DNA of 63,575 nt, the filler included, from Octopus bimaculoides (Eukaryota), in the NCBI RefSeq assembly GCF_001194135.2. It is 5 parts of 5 records of this genome, joined end to end, with 100 filler letters (N's around TTAATTAATTAA, not from the genome) between each part and the next. Parts side by side here need not be neighbours in the genome. Positions count along the whole stretch, not along the records: positions 28,928 to 55,909 come from NC_068981.1; positions 56,010 to 62,167 come from NC_069005.1; positions 62,268 to 63,575 come from NC_069001.1; 2 more parts are not named here. The stretch is one strand, 5' to 3'. The position numbers and the translations under genes are program-made. The notes beneath the pieces were generated by a model, which was given only the letters and a program-made list of their open reading frames with translations, was not told where the DNA came from and ran no database searches. Below, in pieces: positions 49,353 to 62,306 of the stretch (its first letter is position 1; every line of letters starts with the position of its first letter).

Positions 49353-49569
49353 CTGTTTGAAATAGAACGCGGAGAAAAAGGAAAAGTGTTAGAATATTGC
49401 ATATGCTATACAATTCTATGAATTAATTCAAACAAACTTTATTCCGGTTGCGGCATGTATATCTGCCCATTATTCATTTTGTTATGAAATAACAAGTTTT
49501 AGGTTCTGGTTAATGAAAGTTTACAGGTTGATTGTTATATTTAATGATAATATTATACATAAATACTTT

Positions 49570-49772
49570 AAGGCATCGGGTTGACAGAATCGTTACCGTG
49601 CCTGGCAGCAAAATGATTAAGTTCTGAGCTGAAATTCCGCCGATGTCGACTTCGCCTTTCATCCTTTTCAGAGTTGTTAAAATAAGTGCCAGTTGAGCAT
49701 CGGTGTCAATGTAATCGACTTAACCCCTCCATCGAGCTTTTTTGACCTTGTGGCCAAATTTGAAACCAGTAT
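49570..49772 (+). mobile_element. SINE family A copy
   Basis: aaggcatcgggttgacagaatcgttacc...cgcctttcatccttt. Confidence 0.75.
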
Positions 49773-50239
49773 TATACATATATTTACAATTCGAAATAAT
49801 CACCTTTTGCTTTCACCGTAACCCTTAATCTGTTCTCAACTGATAATGGGTAAAGTATTATGTTTAAATAATGGGTAAATATATATGCCCCAAGTGGTAA
49901 ACAGTGACTCGTAGGTTAACCCGCTTTTGCATCCTATTTCGACATCGCAAGATCGATCCAGAGAATAACATAAAGAATATTTCTGGTATTAATTTGATAG
50001 TAGGGGGTTAAAAAATACTGAAATGATTTGCTTCAAGAGATAAGACAGTACAGGTGTAAACGGACCCAAATAAAACACCATGTAATCTCCCTTCTTAATT
50101 ATTAAACTTTAACCATGTATATAAACAAATATGTATGAGTTAATGGCGAAGTCTCCAAACATCCTACAAAATAGCAACCAAAAACGCCTCAAATCTTAAG
50201 AAGTGAAGGACCAGCTAAATAATGTAACCTAACGAGGCG

Positions 50240-51422
50240 TGGATTCTTCTGACGAACTCTTCTCTTTAGTTCTGTCCACATTTGCTCGATGTTATTTAAG
50301 CTAGAGCTCTGAGCTGGCCAATATTTCAATAGAGTAACACCCTCATCAGCCACACTCTGTTGTGTTGCACGCAATCTGTGTGACATGGAGCTCCGTCATG
50401 CTGAAAAATCTCACCTTCATCTAAGTCTGGTATCAAATTGTCCTTCAGTATCTGGATGTATTTGGCACTATTCAAATTACCATTAATTTTAACCAACTTT
50501 CTTGGACCATCACTTTTTATGCATCCCAAAAGCATCAGACTCTTACCCCACAAATTCACTTTTTTCGTTGTGTAAAGTGCGTCGTTTCGCTTTCTAATAA
50601 GCGAGAATTTGTCAGGTCTCCAGGAAAGCGAAATGACGCACGTAACACGACGAAAACAATGAAGTTTGGGGGTAAGTGTTTGATGCTTTGGGGATACATA
50701 AAAAGTGATGGTTCAAGAAAGTTGGTTAAAATTGATGGCAACTTGAATAGTGCCAAATACATCCAGTTGATGAAGGACAATTTGATACCAGATTTGGATG
50801 AAGGTGAGATTTTTCACCACCACGGAGCTCCATGCCACAGATCGCGTACACCACAATAGAATCTGACTGTATTGAAAGATTGGCCAGCTCAGAGCCCTGA
50901 CTTAAATATCATCGAGCAAATGTAGACAGAACTAAAGAGAAGAGTTCGTCAGAAGAATCCAAGCAATCTTGAAGGGATGTGGGAGCTCAGCCACAGAGAA
51001 TGGCATCTCATACCTGTGAAGATGGTGAAGGATCTGTACGTATCTCTTCCCAGGCGCATTGAAGTAATTATCTAAGCTAAAGGAAGCCACACGAAATATT
51101 AACAATGTACAATAACTTCTTGAAATGAACGTTAGGTAATAACTTTCTATTACAGACATTTTCCTGTTTTAAAACACTATATCTTGATTGGGTTATATGA
51201 GGTGGCCGAAAACTTTTGCACGGCTATTTTTGGTGGTCGTCTCGCAACTTCCCCTCTCATTCAGAACCCCTACTACAAAATATGATTAGGTATGGAAATG
51301 ACTCCAAGAGGGCCGATGTTTCATCTGTAAAATACACAACGCGAAACATCCACTTATAAGTTGGCAATTAGTAGAAATTTACAATAGTTTAAAGTGGCCG
51401 AAGACTTTTGCACGGTACTGTA
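50240..51422. mobile_element. Palindromic Tc1 derivative: head-to-head transposase 3' halves plus a right IR/DR terminus
   Basis: ~50248-50594 (minus) mirrors ~50623-50960 (plus); both encode GNLNSAKYIQ..KDNL...WPAQS. gtggccgaa.acttttgcacgg occurs at ~51203 and ~51394, ending cggtactg-TA. Confidence 0.9.
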
Positions 51423-52435
51423 TATACTTTCAGACGATTCAATGCCTTTCTCTGTCAGAACTAGGTTCCATATCTTCTATGAGAGTTACCTGTGACAGAT
51501 TGGCTTTAGATCTATATCTAAGGAAGTATTTATCTCTTACCGCTTCCTCCTACTAAATGTCGGGAAACTTCTGAAGTTTCGAAACGAAACAATTTTTAAC
51601 AACGCCAAAGGAATGAGGAGCGTTTTTGACTCTGGTCGGATTTAAACTGAAGATGACAAAACACAAAATGGTATCATAAATTGTTACATACAGCTCTGTA
51701 GCGCCTGCAATATACCTAATAATTTAACGTTGAGAAAGCAATACTCACAAAGACAAAATGATAAAATGAGAACTGTGAACCATTTGATGTCCCAAAGTTT
51801 TGGTACTGTACGTTTACCTTTAAAAAAATGAAAGCAAAATAAATAAATAAACTAGATTTTGATTTTTCTAATCCAATAGAAGCAGGCTAATGTAAAGAAT
51901 CTCTGTGATAAGCCAACAATGATTAATTGATTATAACTCACAGTTGACCTCGTTTATCAGGAGGTCATTTTTGTTTCATGAATAAATAAATTAAAAAAGA
52001 AAATATTTGTCTCTATCAAGAAATTTGTATTGTGGTTTTTCAGTGTGTGTGTGTGTGTGTGTGTGCATGTGTGTGTGTGTGCATGTGTGTGTGTGCGCGC
52101 GCATGCATGCGTGTGTTTGTACTTTGTCTGAGTGTATATGTGTGTGTGATATACAATAACTTGGTATTTTAGACAGTAATTTTACAAACAAATACATTTG
52201 GCATGGTTTGGCATAAAAACCGAAACTTTCTTATTTACTGCAAGCATTAAACTGTCCTGTAATAAACCATAAAAATGGTAGACAATAATATATGAGTTAA
52301 CGCGGTGTATGTGAGTACATGTAAGTATTGTAACAGTGCTAGTATCTACCAGTTGTTATATATAAACTCATTGATACTTGAAATGCATTAATTCCAATTG
52401 TTGAGCCTATCAGCAATCAATATATACGCACATAC

Positions 52436-52508
<73 letters not shown>

Positions 52509-53088
52509 ACACGATAGCATGTAAATTTTTTCTATGCTCGGATATAAACACAGTTCCAGAGCATTATGGTACAAAGCTGTATAGTGGAGAAAGTAGCATG
52601 ATATTACACTTGCATTATGAAATATTAAATGAAATTTTTTTTTTTACCTTGCATCATTTATATTTTCTCAGAATCTTTAAGTTCTACTTGAATTTCAGGC
52701 TGAAACAAATAAACAAGTAAAACAACCATCATAGAAGTAACAAATAAATACTAATAAGCAATGTATTTTATAAGTGTTAACACAACAAATAGGTGTTAAC
52801 ACAATATAGTGTGCACTATAAATATAATTAATCGAGATTATTTCTACATCGGGAAGAGGTAAACGTTGTTGAATATTGTTTAACTCAACCAAACATAAAA
52901 ATGGGTGAGAAGTAAAAATAAAAATGAAAGATGATAATAAAACAACAATAATAAACGAATTTATTTTAGTGTGTATGATCACCGTCAGTTTTCCACGATG
53001 CGTATTCATTTGTTCAATCAACTAAATTACCTGTTCATCGAATTAGCATATAATTGACTGAATATTTCTCGGGGACACGTACAGTTAA

Positions 53089-53305
53089 CCCTTTAGCAAT
53101 CAGATTACTCTGTCAAATATAATGCTTATTTATTCACGATGTTTTGAATTAATCACGCATTGTCTCATAGCTTTGAGATTTTGATATGATAGTTTATTCT
53201 TAGAATGACGTTGTAGTGTAGTTGTAAGAGGTCAGATCTGGGTGGTTTGAACATAAAACAGGTAGAACATTTGGGCCGGACAACGCAAGTTTAAATACTA
53301 AACGG
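53089..53305. mobile_element. piggyBac-like MITE with TTAA TSD
   Basis: TTAA-ccctttagca ... tactaaacgg-TTAA. Confidence 0.85.
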
Positions 53306-53311
53306 TTAAAG

Positions 53312-53500
53312 CAATTCTCGGTTAGAACCCGTGTGAAACAAAGTACAATACTTCCAACGACCTACCACAGTTTCCGCCAACCTAATTTTACTTATAAGGC
53401 TTAGGTCGACTCGAGCCATAGTAAATGACCCGTGTACAAGGTGCCACGCAGTGGAATCGAATCCAGTACTCCGTGATAGCAAAGCGAATTTCTTTATCAT
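53312..53500 (-). mobile_element. SINE family C copy, decayed
   Basis: caaggtgccacgcagtgga shared with 54860-55025 and, in the opposite orientation, ~4740-4840. Confidence 0.7.
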
Positions 53501-54036
53501 TCGGACTTACTACGTAAGTAATATTGTTGAATTCATGACCGGTCAAACAACTGAATTATAAGGCTAAGCAATAAAGTTCCATTAGGTCATATAACCACAA
53601 AATATATTTGATTTATAGACCTAAGTAATTAAATTGTTTTAAGTACATTGTTTCTAAAGTTCTTAGTAGTTGATATTTGTGTTTAACAGCGAAGACAAGA
53701 CAGAATGCCAGCATTTCTGTCTCTTAGTTCCATTATCTATTTTATCTCTGTATATCTATCAGACACTACTCAAAGTCATCCTGACAAGAAATGTTGATGT
53801 TAAGAGAGCAAGAGGCTACCAAAAACATTTGTGAATATACGACATCAAAGAGTGGAATAAAAAAAGAACCTGACTGATTGTATGCATGCAGTACAACACA
53901 GAGGAAACTGAAGAATCTTGGCAAGTTGACCGTTGGACACAGAGATGGCATCTGATATATAATATATGATATGATATGATATGATATGATATGATATGAT
54001 ATAATATGATATGATATGATATGATATAATATGATA

Positions 54037-54084
<48 letters not shown>

Positions 54085-54089
<5 letters not shown>

Positions 54090-54590
54090 GTCATCTCATA
54101 AATAACGCGTTTTTTTTTACTTCTTTTCTTTTTCAAAATTAAGATAACAAAAATCCTTTTTTAATCTAAAATATACTTTCCTTCATTTTCTACAATGTTC
54201 TTTCATCTATCTGGTAGACTTCCAAGGCCCCTCTTCTAAAATTCACTTGTCCGTAACGGAAAATACTCTTCCAGTACTATTCTGACCTCGTCTACAGAAT
54301 TCATATTTTTTCCTTTTGAATGATTTTGAAGACTGCAGAATAAATGATAATCAGATGGGGCAATGTCTGGTAAATATGTTGGGTGGGGCATTGTTTCCCA
54401 TTCACACTGCCCTAGCCTTTGGAATGTCATCATCGCTGTATATGGCCGAGCGTTATCCTGATGGAAGAACACTATTCGTCTTGAAGCCAAAGATGGTCGT
54501 TCTCTGATGGCATTCAGGTATCGATGAATGATTGAATGACCAAATCCAAGCTTCTCTGCTAGTTCCTCAACGGTTACGATGGGATTTTGT
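54085..54590 (-). mobile_element. Mariner 3' half with right TIR
   Basis: FFHQDNARPYTA...HPTYLPDIAPSDYHLFCSLQN; TIR tattgggtcatctcataaataacgc next to (TA)n. Confidence 0.9.
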
Positions 54591-54659
54591 CTTATGTCGA
54601 ACCGCTAAGTTACGGTGACGTAAACACACCAACACCGGTTATCAAGCTGTGGTGGGAGA

Positions 54660-54701
<42 letters not shown>

Positions 54702-54712
54702 GNNNNNNNNNN

Positions 54713-54757
<45 letters not shown>

Positions 54758-54859
54758 GGCTTTTTTGTCAAGCAGTAATGGGGATAAACATAAAAAACGA
54801 ATACACACACAAAGACACACACACACAAAGACACACACACACACACACGCATACACACA

Positions 54860-55025
54860 CGACGGCCTTCTTTCAGTCTCTGTCATCCCGTCGACCAAAC
54901 CCACTCACAAAGCTTTGGTCATCCAGAGGTTACAGTAGAAGACACCTGCTTAAGGTGCCACGCAGTGGAACAGGACCCAAAACCGTGTGGTTGAGTACCA
55001 AACCTCTTACCACACAGTCACGCCT
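54860..55025 (-). mobile_element. tRNA-derived SINE family C with (CA)n-rich tail
   Basis: Minus-strand head aggcgtgactgtgtggtaagagg and core ccactgcgtggcacc. Confidence 0.8.
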
Positions 55026-55141
55026 ATAGATGTTTATAGACGTTTGTAGAATATTCTGCTGAATGTATCTATGTACTTTAAAAAGTTTTAAAAAGTACTT
55101 GCATGCTTTATAAGGTATCCATAAATTTGTTATAGTACCAA

Positions 55142-55533
55142 TGTTGTTGTTGTTGTTGGCACTCCGTCGCTTACGACGTTGAGGGTTCCAGTTGATCCGA
55201 TCAACGGAACAGCCTGCTCGTGAAATTAACGTGCAAGTGGCTGAGCACTCCACAGACACGTGTACCCTTAACGTAGTTCTCGGGGATATTCAGCGAGACA
55301 GTGTGACAAGGCTGACCCTTTGAATTACAGGCACAACAGAAACAGGAAGTAAGAGTGAGAGAAAGTTGTGGTGAAAGAGTACAGCAGGGTTCGCCACCAT
55401 CCCCTGCCGGAGCCTCGTTGAGCTTTAGGTGTTTTCGCTCAATAAACACTCACAATGCCCGGTCTGGGAATCGAAACCGCGATCCTATGACCGCGAGTCC
55501 GCTGCCCTAACCACTGGGCTCTTGCGCCTCCAC
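55142..55533 (-). mobile_element. Full-length SINE family B with (AAC)n tail
   Basis: Reverse complement of 7065-7438. Confidence 0.92.
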
Positions 55534-56288
55534 AATACCCATGTACCTAATGAACAAAAGCACTATAGCAACAGCTGATAATATATGTATTCTATGCAAA
55601 ACCGAACCTGAAGACATTAGTAATTGCATTGTCAACTGTAAGTGAATGTCCTCACGATACCTTCATACCATGAGATCAGAACAATATGGAATACAATAAG
55701 GAATAAAAAGAAAAAAACAAAAAAACACAGCAGTCAGTAAAGATGAACATATTGGGTCAGTGTGATCAGAAGTATATTGTTGGAATCTAAAAATAACAAT
55801 TTAAAACAAGTTTCTTCCATAATTGTGTAGACTAATGACATAGCTATGAACGTTGTGATTTATCGTTGGACATTCTAATGTTTATGGAACACTTTCGTGA
55901 TATGTCCCANNNNNNNNNNNNNNNNNNNNNNNNNNNNNNNNNNNNNNNNNNNNTTAATTAATTAANNNNNNNNNNNNNNNNNNNNNNNNNNNNNNNNNNN
56001 NNNNNNNNNTGAACATTTTGAAAAATATCGATGCGGGAGTAAAGGAGATAAACATTTATGATGAAAGACCTTTCAACTCCAGGCAAAAATCTCCAATGAC
56101 CTCCAGGGCCATCTATGGGAAATTGATTCTCGTAAAATTCTTGCCACTGACATAAATGAGAAAGCACAAACGAAGAAACAGTCGGAAACAAGGAGCCAAC
56201 GACAATTACGATAAATGTGTGTGCGCGCGCGCGCGTTGCATGTAAATATCTCTCTCCCTCCCTCTCTCTCTGTATACATGCATGTATG

Positions 56289-56322
<34 letters not shown>

Positions 56323-56524
56323 TGCATGTATGTATATATATGTATGTATGTATGTATTTATGTATGTATGTAGCTGTACATATATAGCCATACAAATGGC
56401 CACCTAGCCGAATTGACAGCACCGACTCTGTAAATTATGAGTTCAAATCACATTGAGACCAGTTTTGTCTTTCACTCCTTCGAGTTCGATAAAATAAAGC
56501 ACCAGTCAAGACCTGAGTTCGATG

Positions 56525-56588
<64 letters not shown>

Positions 56589-56594
56589 GTAGTG

Positions 56595-56790
56595 TACCGT
56601 GATTGAAAATTCAACAAAAAGTACTGCATCTGGTGAGAGATAAATATCATTTATTTAAAGGACACAATACATGTATTAAAGCGCTACTAATAGTTTCATA
56701 TGTTGAGAAATACTCAAACATATACTTCAGGCACAAACCACATATCATAGCGAAGTAAAACAAATTTGAATAAGAGAAGAAACGCGAAAA
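56595..56790 (-). mobile_element. Solo Penelope terminal repeat, same family as 18533-19500
   Basis: gaaaattcaacaaaaagtactgcatctggtgagag...ttatttaaaggacacaatacatgtattaaagcgctactaatagtttcatat. Confidence 0.88.
56681..56734 (-). ncRNA. Hammerhead ribozyme motif, best-preserved copy (core CUGAAGU)
   Basis: gtgc-CTGAAGT-atatgtttgag-tattt-ctcaacatat-GAAAC-tatta-GTA-gcgc. Confidence 0.7.
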
Positions 56791-57594
56791 CTGAATTTGA
56801 GGGAGAATTGAACTCAGTCTCTGTTAGATTAACCTTGTTTTTATTACACAAATGCTTCGAAACATCGGAAACGAAGGGAGACAACACTGTCGCTACTATT
56901 TAGCTTTTGTCAAGGGAAATAACTCAGTAGGGGCATCAGCTGCTGGTACGCAGCGAGTTTCCAGAAAAGAAAGAAACATTATAAAATGCTTATGTAATAT
57001 TTTATTATTTCTTTACAAAACAAGATTTTAGAAATTGTCAACTTTTATTCTATTCATTATATATATTGTTTCTGGAATTAATTAATATTACTAAGAAATT
57101 TTATCGGTCCCTGGCATACTGGGGAAAAAAACTGCCGGTAAACCGCTACATCTGATAATTTGAGAAACACTGGTGCAGAGGATTTTGCTTGGGGGTGACT
57201 AAACATCATCTTGGGCAACACGTTTAGTTGCCAAATATAATTCCTTCAAGTTATTTCCCGTAATAAAGTTCTCTCCCAGCACACGAGTTATTCCCCGTAG
57301 TTGTAAGTTATTTCCCTTACAAGCATCGCGTTTATTTCCCACAAAAATATTTATCCGGATATATTTTTTTTGCGAAGTTCATTGCCAAATCGTAGGAAAC
57401 TATTATCAAAAGAATTTGTTCTAAATAGTCTTCTGTTATTCGCCGTCCACATGACATCACCATTCTATACAGGTAACATCCTTTAATAACTGTGTAACAA
57501 TCTCAAACAGATGCATTGCAATTAACAACATACAGAAATATGTCTATGACCAGTGACATTCTGTAAATCATGTGATGCTAGTTTTTTCGTTTCT

Positions 57595-57875
57595 ACCAGA
57601 GTCGAAACAAAAAAACTTCGACTCTAACTCCGACTCTGACCCCTCTACCATTGGCACCTCCGACTCCTCTTTATGTAATTAAGTGATTGTGGTCTACATA
57701 TCTCATAAAGCATATGTATACCCTTGTACTTTGACTCGGCCTTTATGTTATAAGTGGTTTATATTAAAGAATAAGGATATTGGGAGTCGGGATCAGAGTC
57801 GGTAGAGTTTTACCGACTCCGACTCCAGCTACCATTGTTCCCGAGTATGTTATGACTCGGAGTAGTAGCACCTGT
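57595..57875. mobile_element. Probable hAT-type MITE remnant with GACTCC subterminal repeats
   Basis: Multiple gactcc/ggagtc motifs in both orientations. Confidence 0.45.
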
Positions 57876-60871
57876 CAGGGTCTCAGCTATGATTTAATTA
57901 GCATATAATAGATGTGCCTCCGGAAGATGGTCACTCGGAGACGCCTCCAACGAATCCATGGTTCATAAAAAATGGTTGAGAACCACTGATCGAGAACGAT
58001 TTTCCAGTATGTCCATCTATCTTTAAATGATGTATGAATTGAGGGAGATTTCACTATTACTTCTAGTAGACCAAGAGGTCATATAAGAGGTTCAATCGAT
58101 GCCTTTCTATGTATGACGTGAATCTTGGACCCGATTACATAAGGCAGAGCGGACTCTACTAAGGAATATAACGTTTTGGAGGGAAAATGTGAGGTCAAGG
58201 GAGGTAAGTCTTAATGGAATATAAAATTGTTCAGAGTAGAGTTCTTTCCCTTGAATTACTTTTTTAAAAATTTCCCTTACATTGCCATTTTTTCTCCCAA
58301 CACTTTTTTTTTCTTTATTGCGGTTCCTTTTGCATGCGAGAAATTGGGTTCGGTTTTTCAATTGAAGTACCAACTTTTATTTCTATCACCAACGAAATAT
58401 GCAACTGGATCGATATAAATAGATCGATATAACCGAGGAGCGCCACAGCTGCCGGTCCGTACGCTTACCTTGAAAAGCACGACAGTGAATTAATCGATTC
58501 GATGGAGCGTCCACTGAAATGCCGAAGGGTTTCCTAATGGCACTTTACGCTCCGAGTTCCATTCGTGCCAAGATCAAAATTATCCCTTCGGGGTCGATAA
58601 GTAAATTTCTAGTCCCAGTTGCTGGAGTAACGGAATTACGAGAGAGTCCGACTCCATATGTTGTCTGGTTTATTTTGTCTCTCGGTATTCTGAGTTCAAA
58701 TTGAGTTGACAGTCACGGTTTTTTAACCAACCAAGGGTTTCTACTTGTGTAAACATCGATAATAAGAGAGAGAGAGAGAGAGAGAGAGAGTATGTGAGCA
58801 TTTATGGTTGTGTGTGATTGTATGTCTGTGTCTTTTGTACGTGTGCGTGAGTACGTTTTTCAGTGTGAGTGACTGAGTGTTTATACGTGTCTGAGTATGT
58901 GTATGCACGTGTGTNNNNNNNNNNNNNNNNNNNNNNNNNNNNNNNNNNNNNNNNNNNNNNNNNNNNNNNNNNNNNNNNNNNNNNNNNNNNNNNNNNNNNN
59001 NNNNNNNNNNNNNNNNNNNNNNNNNNNNNNNNNNNNNNNNNNNNNNNNNNNNNNNNNNNNNNNNNNNNNNNNNNNNNNNNNNNNNNNNNNNNNNNNNNNN
59101 NNNNNNNNNNNNNNNNNNNNNNNNNNNNNNNNNNNNNNNNNNNNNNNNNNNNNNNNNNNNNNNNNNNNNNNNNNNNNNNNNNNNNNNNNNNNNNNNNNNN
59201 NNNNNNNNNNNNNNNNNNNNNNNNNNNNNNNNNNNNNNNNNNNNNNNNNNNNNNNNNNNNNNNNNNNNNNNNNNNNNNNNNNNNNNNNNNNNNNNNNNNN
59301 NNNNNNNNNNNNNNNNNNNNNNNNNNNNNNNNNNNNNNNNNNNNNNNNNNNNNNNNNNNNNNNNNNNNNNNNNNNNNNNNNNNNNNNNNNNNNNNNNNNN
59401 NNNNNNNNNNNNNNNNNNNNNNNNNNNNNNNNNNNNNNNNNNNNNNNNNNNNNNNNNNNNNNNNNNNNNNNNNNNNNNNNNNNNNNNNNNNNNNNNNNNN
59501 NNNNNNNNNNNNNNNNNNNNNNNNNNNNNNNNNNNNNNNNNNNNNNNNNNNNNNNNNNNNNNNNNNNNNNNNNNNNNNNNNNNNNNNNNNNNNNNNNNNN
59601 NNNNNNNNNNNNNNNNNNNNNNNNNNNNNNNNNNNNNNNNNNNNNNNNNNNNNNNNNNNNNNNNNNNNNNNNNNNNNNNNNNNNNNNNNNNNNNNNNNNN
59701 NNNNNNNNNNNNNNNNNNNNNNNNNNNNNNNNNNNNNNNNNNNNNNNNNNNNNNNNNNNNNNNNNNNNNNNNNNNNNNNNNNNNNNNNNNNNNNNNNNNN
59801 NNNNNNNNNNNNNNNNNNNNNNNNNNNNNNNNNNNNNNNNNNNGGTGGTGGTGGTGGTGGTGGTGGTTGTGGTTACAAGGGAGTTAAGCATGACGGATAA
59901 TTTGCAATTATTGCTGGGTTTGTTGTTGTTGTTGTTGTTATTATTGTTATTGTTGCTGCTGTTGTTGTTGCTGTCGTATTTATTGCTCCACTGCAGATCT
60001 ATTGGTGCGGGAGAAATGGATGAAAAGCAAACGAGTCAAATTATATTAACTCGGTGTTATTGCGACTGTTCTTGTTGTTGCTGTTGTCGTCGTCGCTGCT
60101 GCTGCTGCTGCCGTGATCGTACTTGTTGTTATCGATGAGTCTGGCATGCATGGCATTGTGCAGCTTTGTTTCCTGTACATCCTTCATCGAGGCAAATGCG
60201 TTCCCTTCTGCCCTTCGTCCATGTCTCGGCACCGCATCTCTTTTGATTTCCTGAGCTGCACATGAGCAATGGGTGCCGGGCTCTATCAGCAATGGCCTGC
60301 TACTGACCCGTGGTTGCGGCGATGTGTACGATGTTTATCTTTGAATGGGAGCCGTGTGTTTGCCAAAAGAGTTTGCCAAAAGAGTTTGCCAAAAGAGTAT
60401 ATGTATGTATATATGTATGTGTGTGTGTGCATTGTTATGCCCCAGCATGGGCACAGTTCATTGAATGAAACAAGTAAAAGATAAAAGATGTATGTGTATG
60501 TATAAATATTCAAGTGTGTGTAACTGTGTGTATGCAAACGCATACACATACATACATGCATACATACATACGCATATGTGCACGTACAGACATATATATG
60601 TACTTACACAATTCTAACGAGTGTCCAATGGAACGAATCAAATAATAATCGATCAAACCATAACTTTATTGATCTTGGAAACCCTCGGTGCATGGAAGAA
60701 TAGAAATGACGATGGAACTGATCAACTGTGAAACGAAATTACAATTGTTTTACTGAGATTTGCTCATCTAATCAATAGGAACTGGCAAATTGTCACACAC
60801 TGTCCTAACACTGCAATAACACTGCATTAACACTGTAGTATGCTGGCTTAACGCTGCAGTACATTATATCG

Positions 60872-60912
<41 letters not shown>

Positions 60913-61218
60913 CAAAAGCTACCAGAAAAGCTACCGACACCACAACTACTACTACTACTACTACTACTACAGACATTACCACTGCCGGCAAGTCCTTACG
61001 ACCACCACCGCTACCAAATCGGTGTGGAACGCAGAAGTGTGTCTCTAGCGAGGTAGATGGAATTGTTAAAGTCGAAACACACGCTTGAATAGCAGGAATA
61101 ACAGGGACAAGCAAAACGATTCCGAACAATGAGAGAGAGAGATATACAACGACAACAACAGAAAAATATACAACAACAACGACGAATAACAAGAACCAAA
61201 ACAACAACAACAACAAAC

Positions 61219-61276
<58 letters not shown>

Positions 61277-61953
61277 GACAGAGAAAAAAAACGACGCTGG
61301 AGGCAACAAGAGATAAAGGGGCATCAAAATAAATGAGTTACGCTGCATTAGACCTGTGCGCGTGTGTGTGTGTTCGTACGTACATCAAGATAGATAAAGT
61401 TTGGATAGAGCAGTAAGGAACAATATGGCGGAAAACGGTGAGATAGGAAACAAAATTTGAAGAAGCAAAGAAACTAAAGATTTAGAAAATTGAAAAACGG
61501 TAAAAGCAAAAAGAAAATGTGACGCAGAACAATACAAGAGCAGCGTTATGATATATATATATATATATATATATATAGTAAGATGTGAAACAGCACGGCA
61601 AGCATATCTACACACATCCACACATATATAGTTAAGTAAGTATTTCGCCAAGCAGAATACATTTATATCCTACGTGTATAAGTATTCCTCCGTGCTTTTT
61701 TATATTTTATAATTTACACACAGACTCACACACACATACACACACTCATATATACATATATTGATGCATGCATATGTATGTTTATATGGGTATGTATGTA
61801 TGAGTGTGTGTGCGTGTGAGTATGTATGTACATACACACACAGGCAAATATATGTATGTATTAGGCTTTGTATGTGTATGTATTGCGTGCACGCATTGCT
61901 CTAACATTCTGTATTACACATAGCGTATATAGATTCGTAAATAAATTTATCCA

Positions 61954-61986
<33 letters not shown>

Positions 61987-62267
61987 TAGTAAATAAACTT
62001 AGTTTATGTATATGTGCATTTATACACATATACACACATACACAGTAACTAATACATCATACCTGCATAGAAACATCTTACACTCACACAAACACACACA
62101 AACGTACACATATACATATGCGTTTATGTATGTATGTCAGCGTCTGTGTGTGTGTGTGTGTGTGTGTNNNNNNNNNNNNNNNNNNNNNNNNNNNNNNNNN
62201 NNNNNNNNNNNTTAATTAATTAANNNNNNNNNNNNNNNNNNNNNNNNNNNNNNNNNNNNNNNNNNNN

Positions 62268-62306
<39 letters not shown>

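Noticed and set aside
49353-49413. Apparent signal peptide at the start of ORF 48544..49413
   Set aside because: It starts at TTG, not ATG, and the hydrophobic residues are the translated polypyrimidine tract of the acceptor.
60998-61348. ATG-initiated hydrophobic ORF with a phase-1 GTAAGG donor, as the missing signal-peptide exon
   Set aside because: The hydrophobicity comes from (ATT)n/(GTT)n microsatellites, ~117 aa is too long for a signal peptide, and the donor context is weak.
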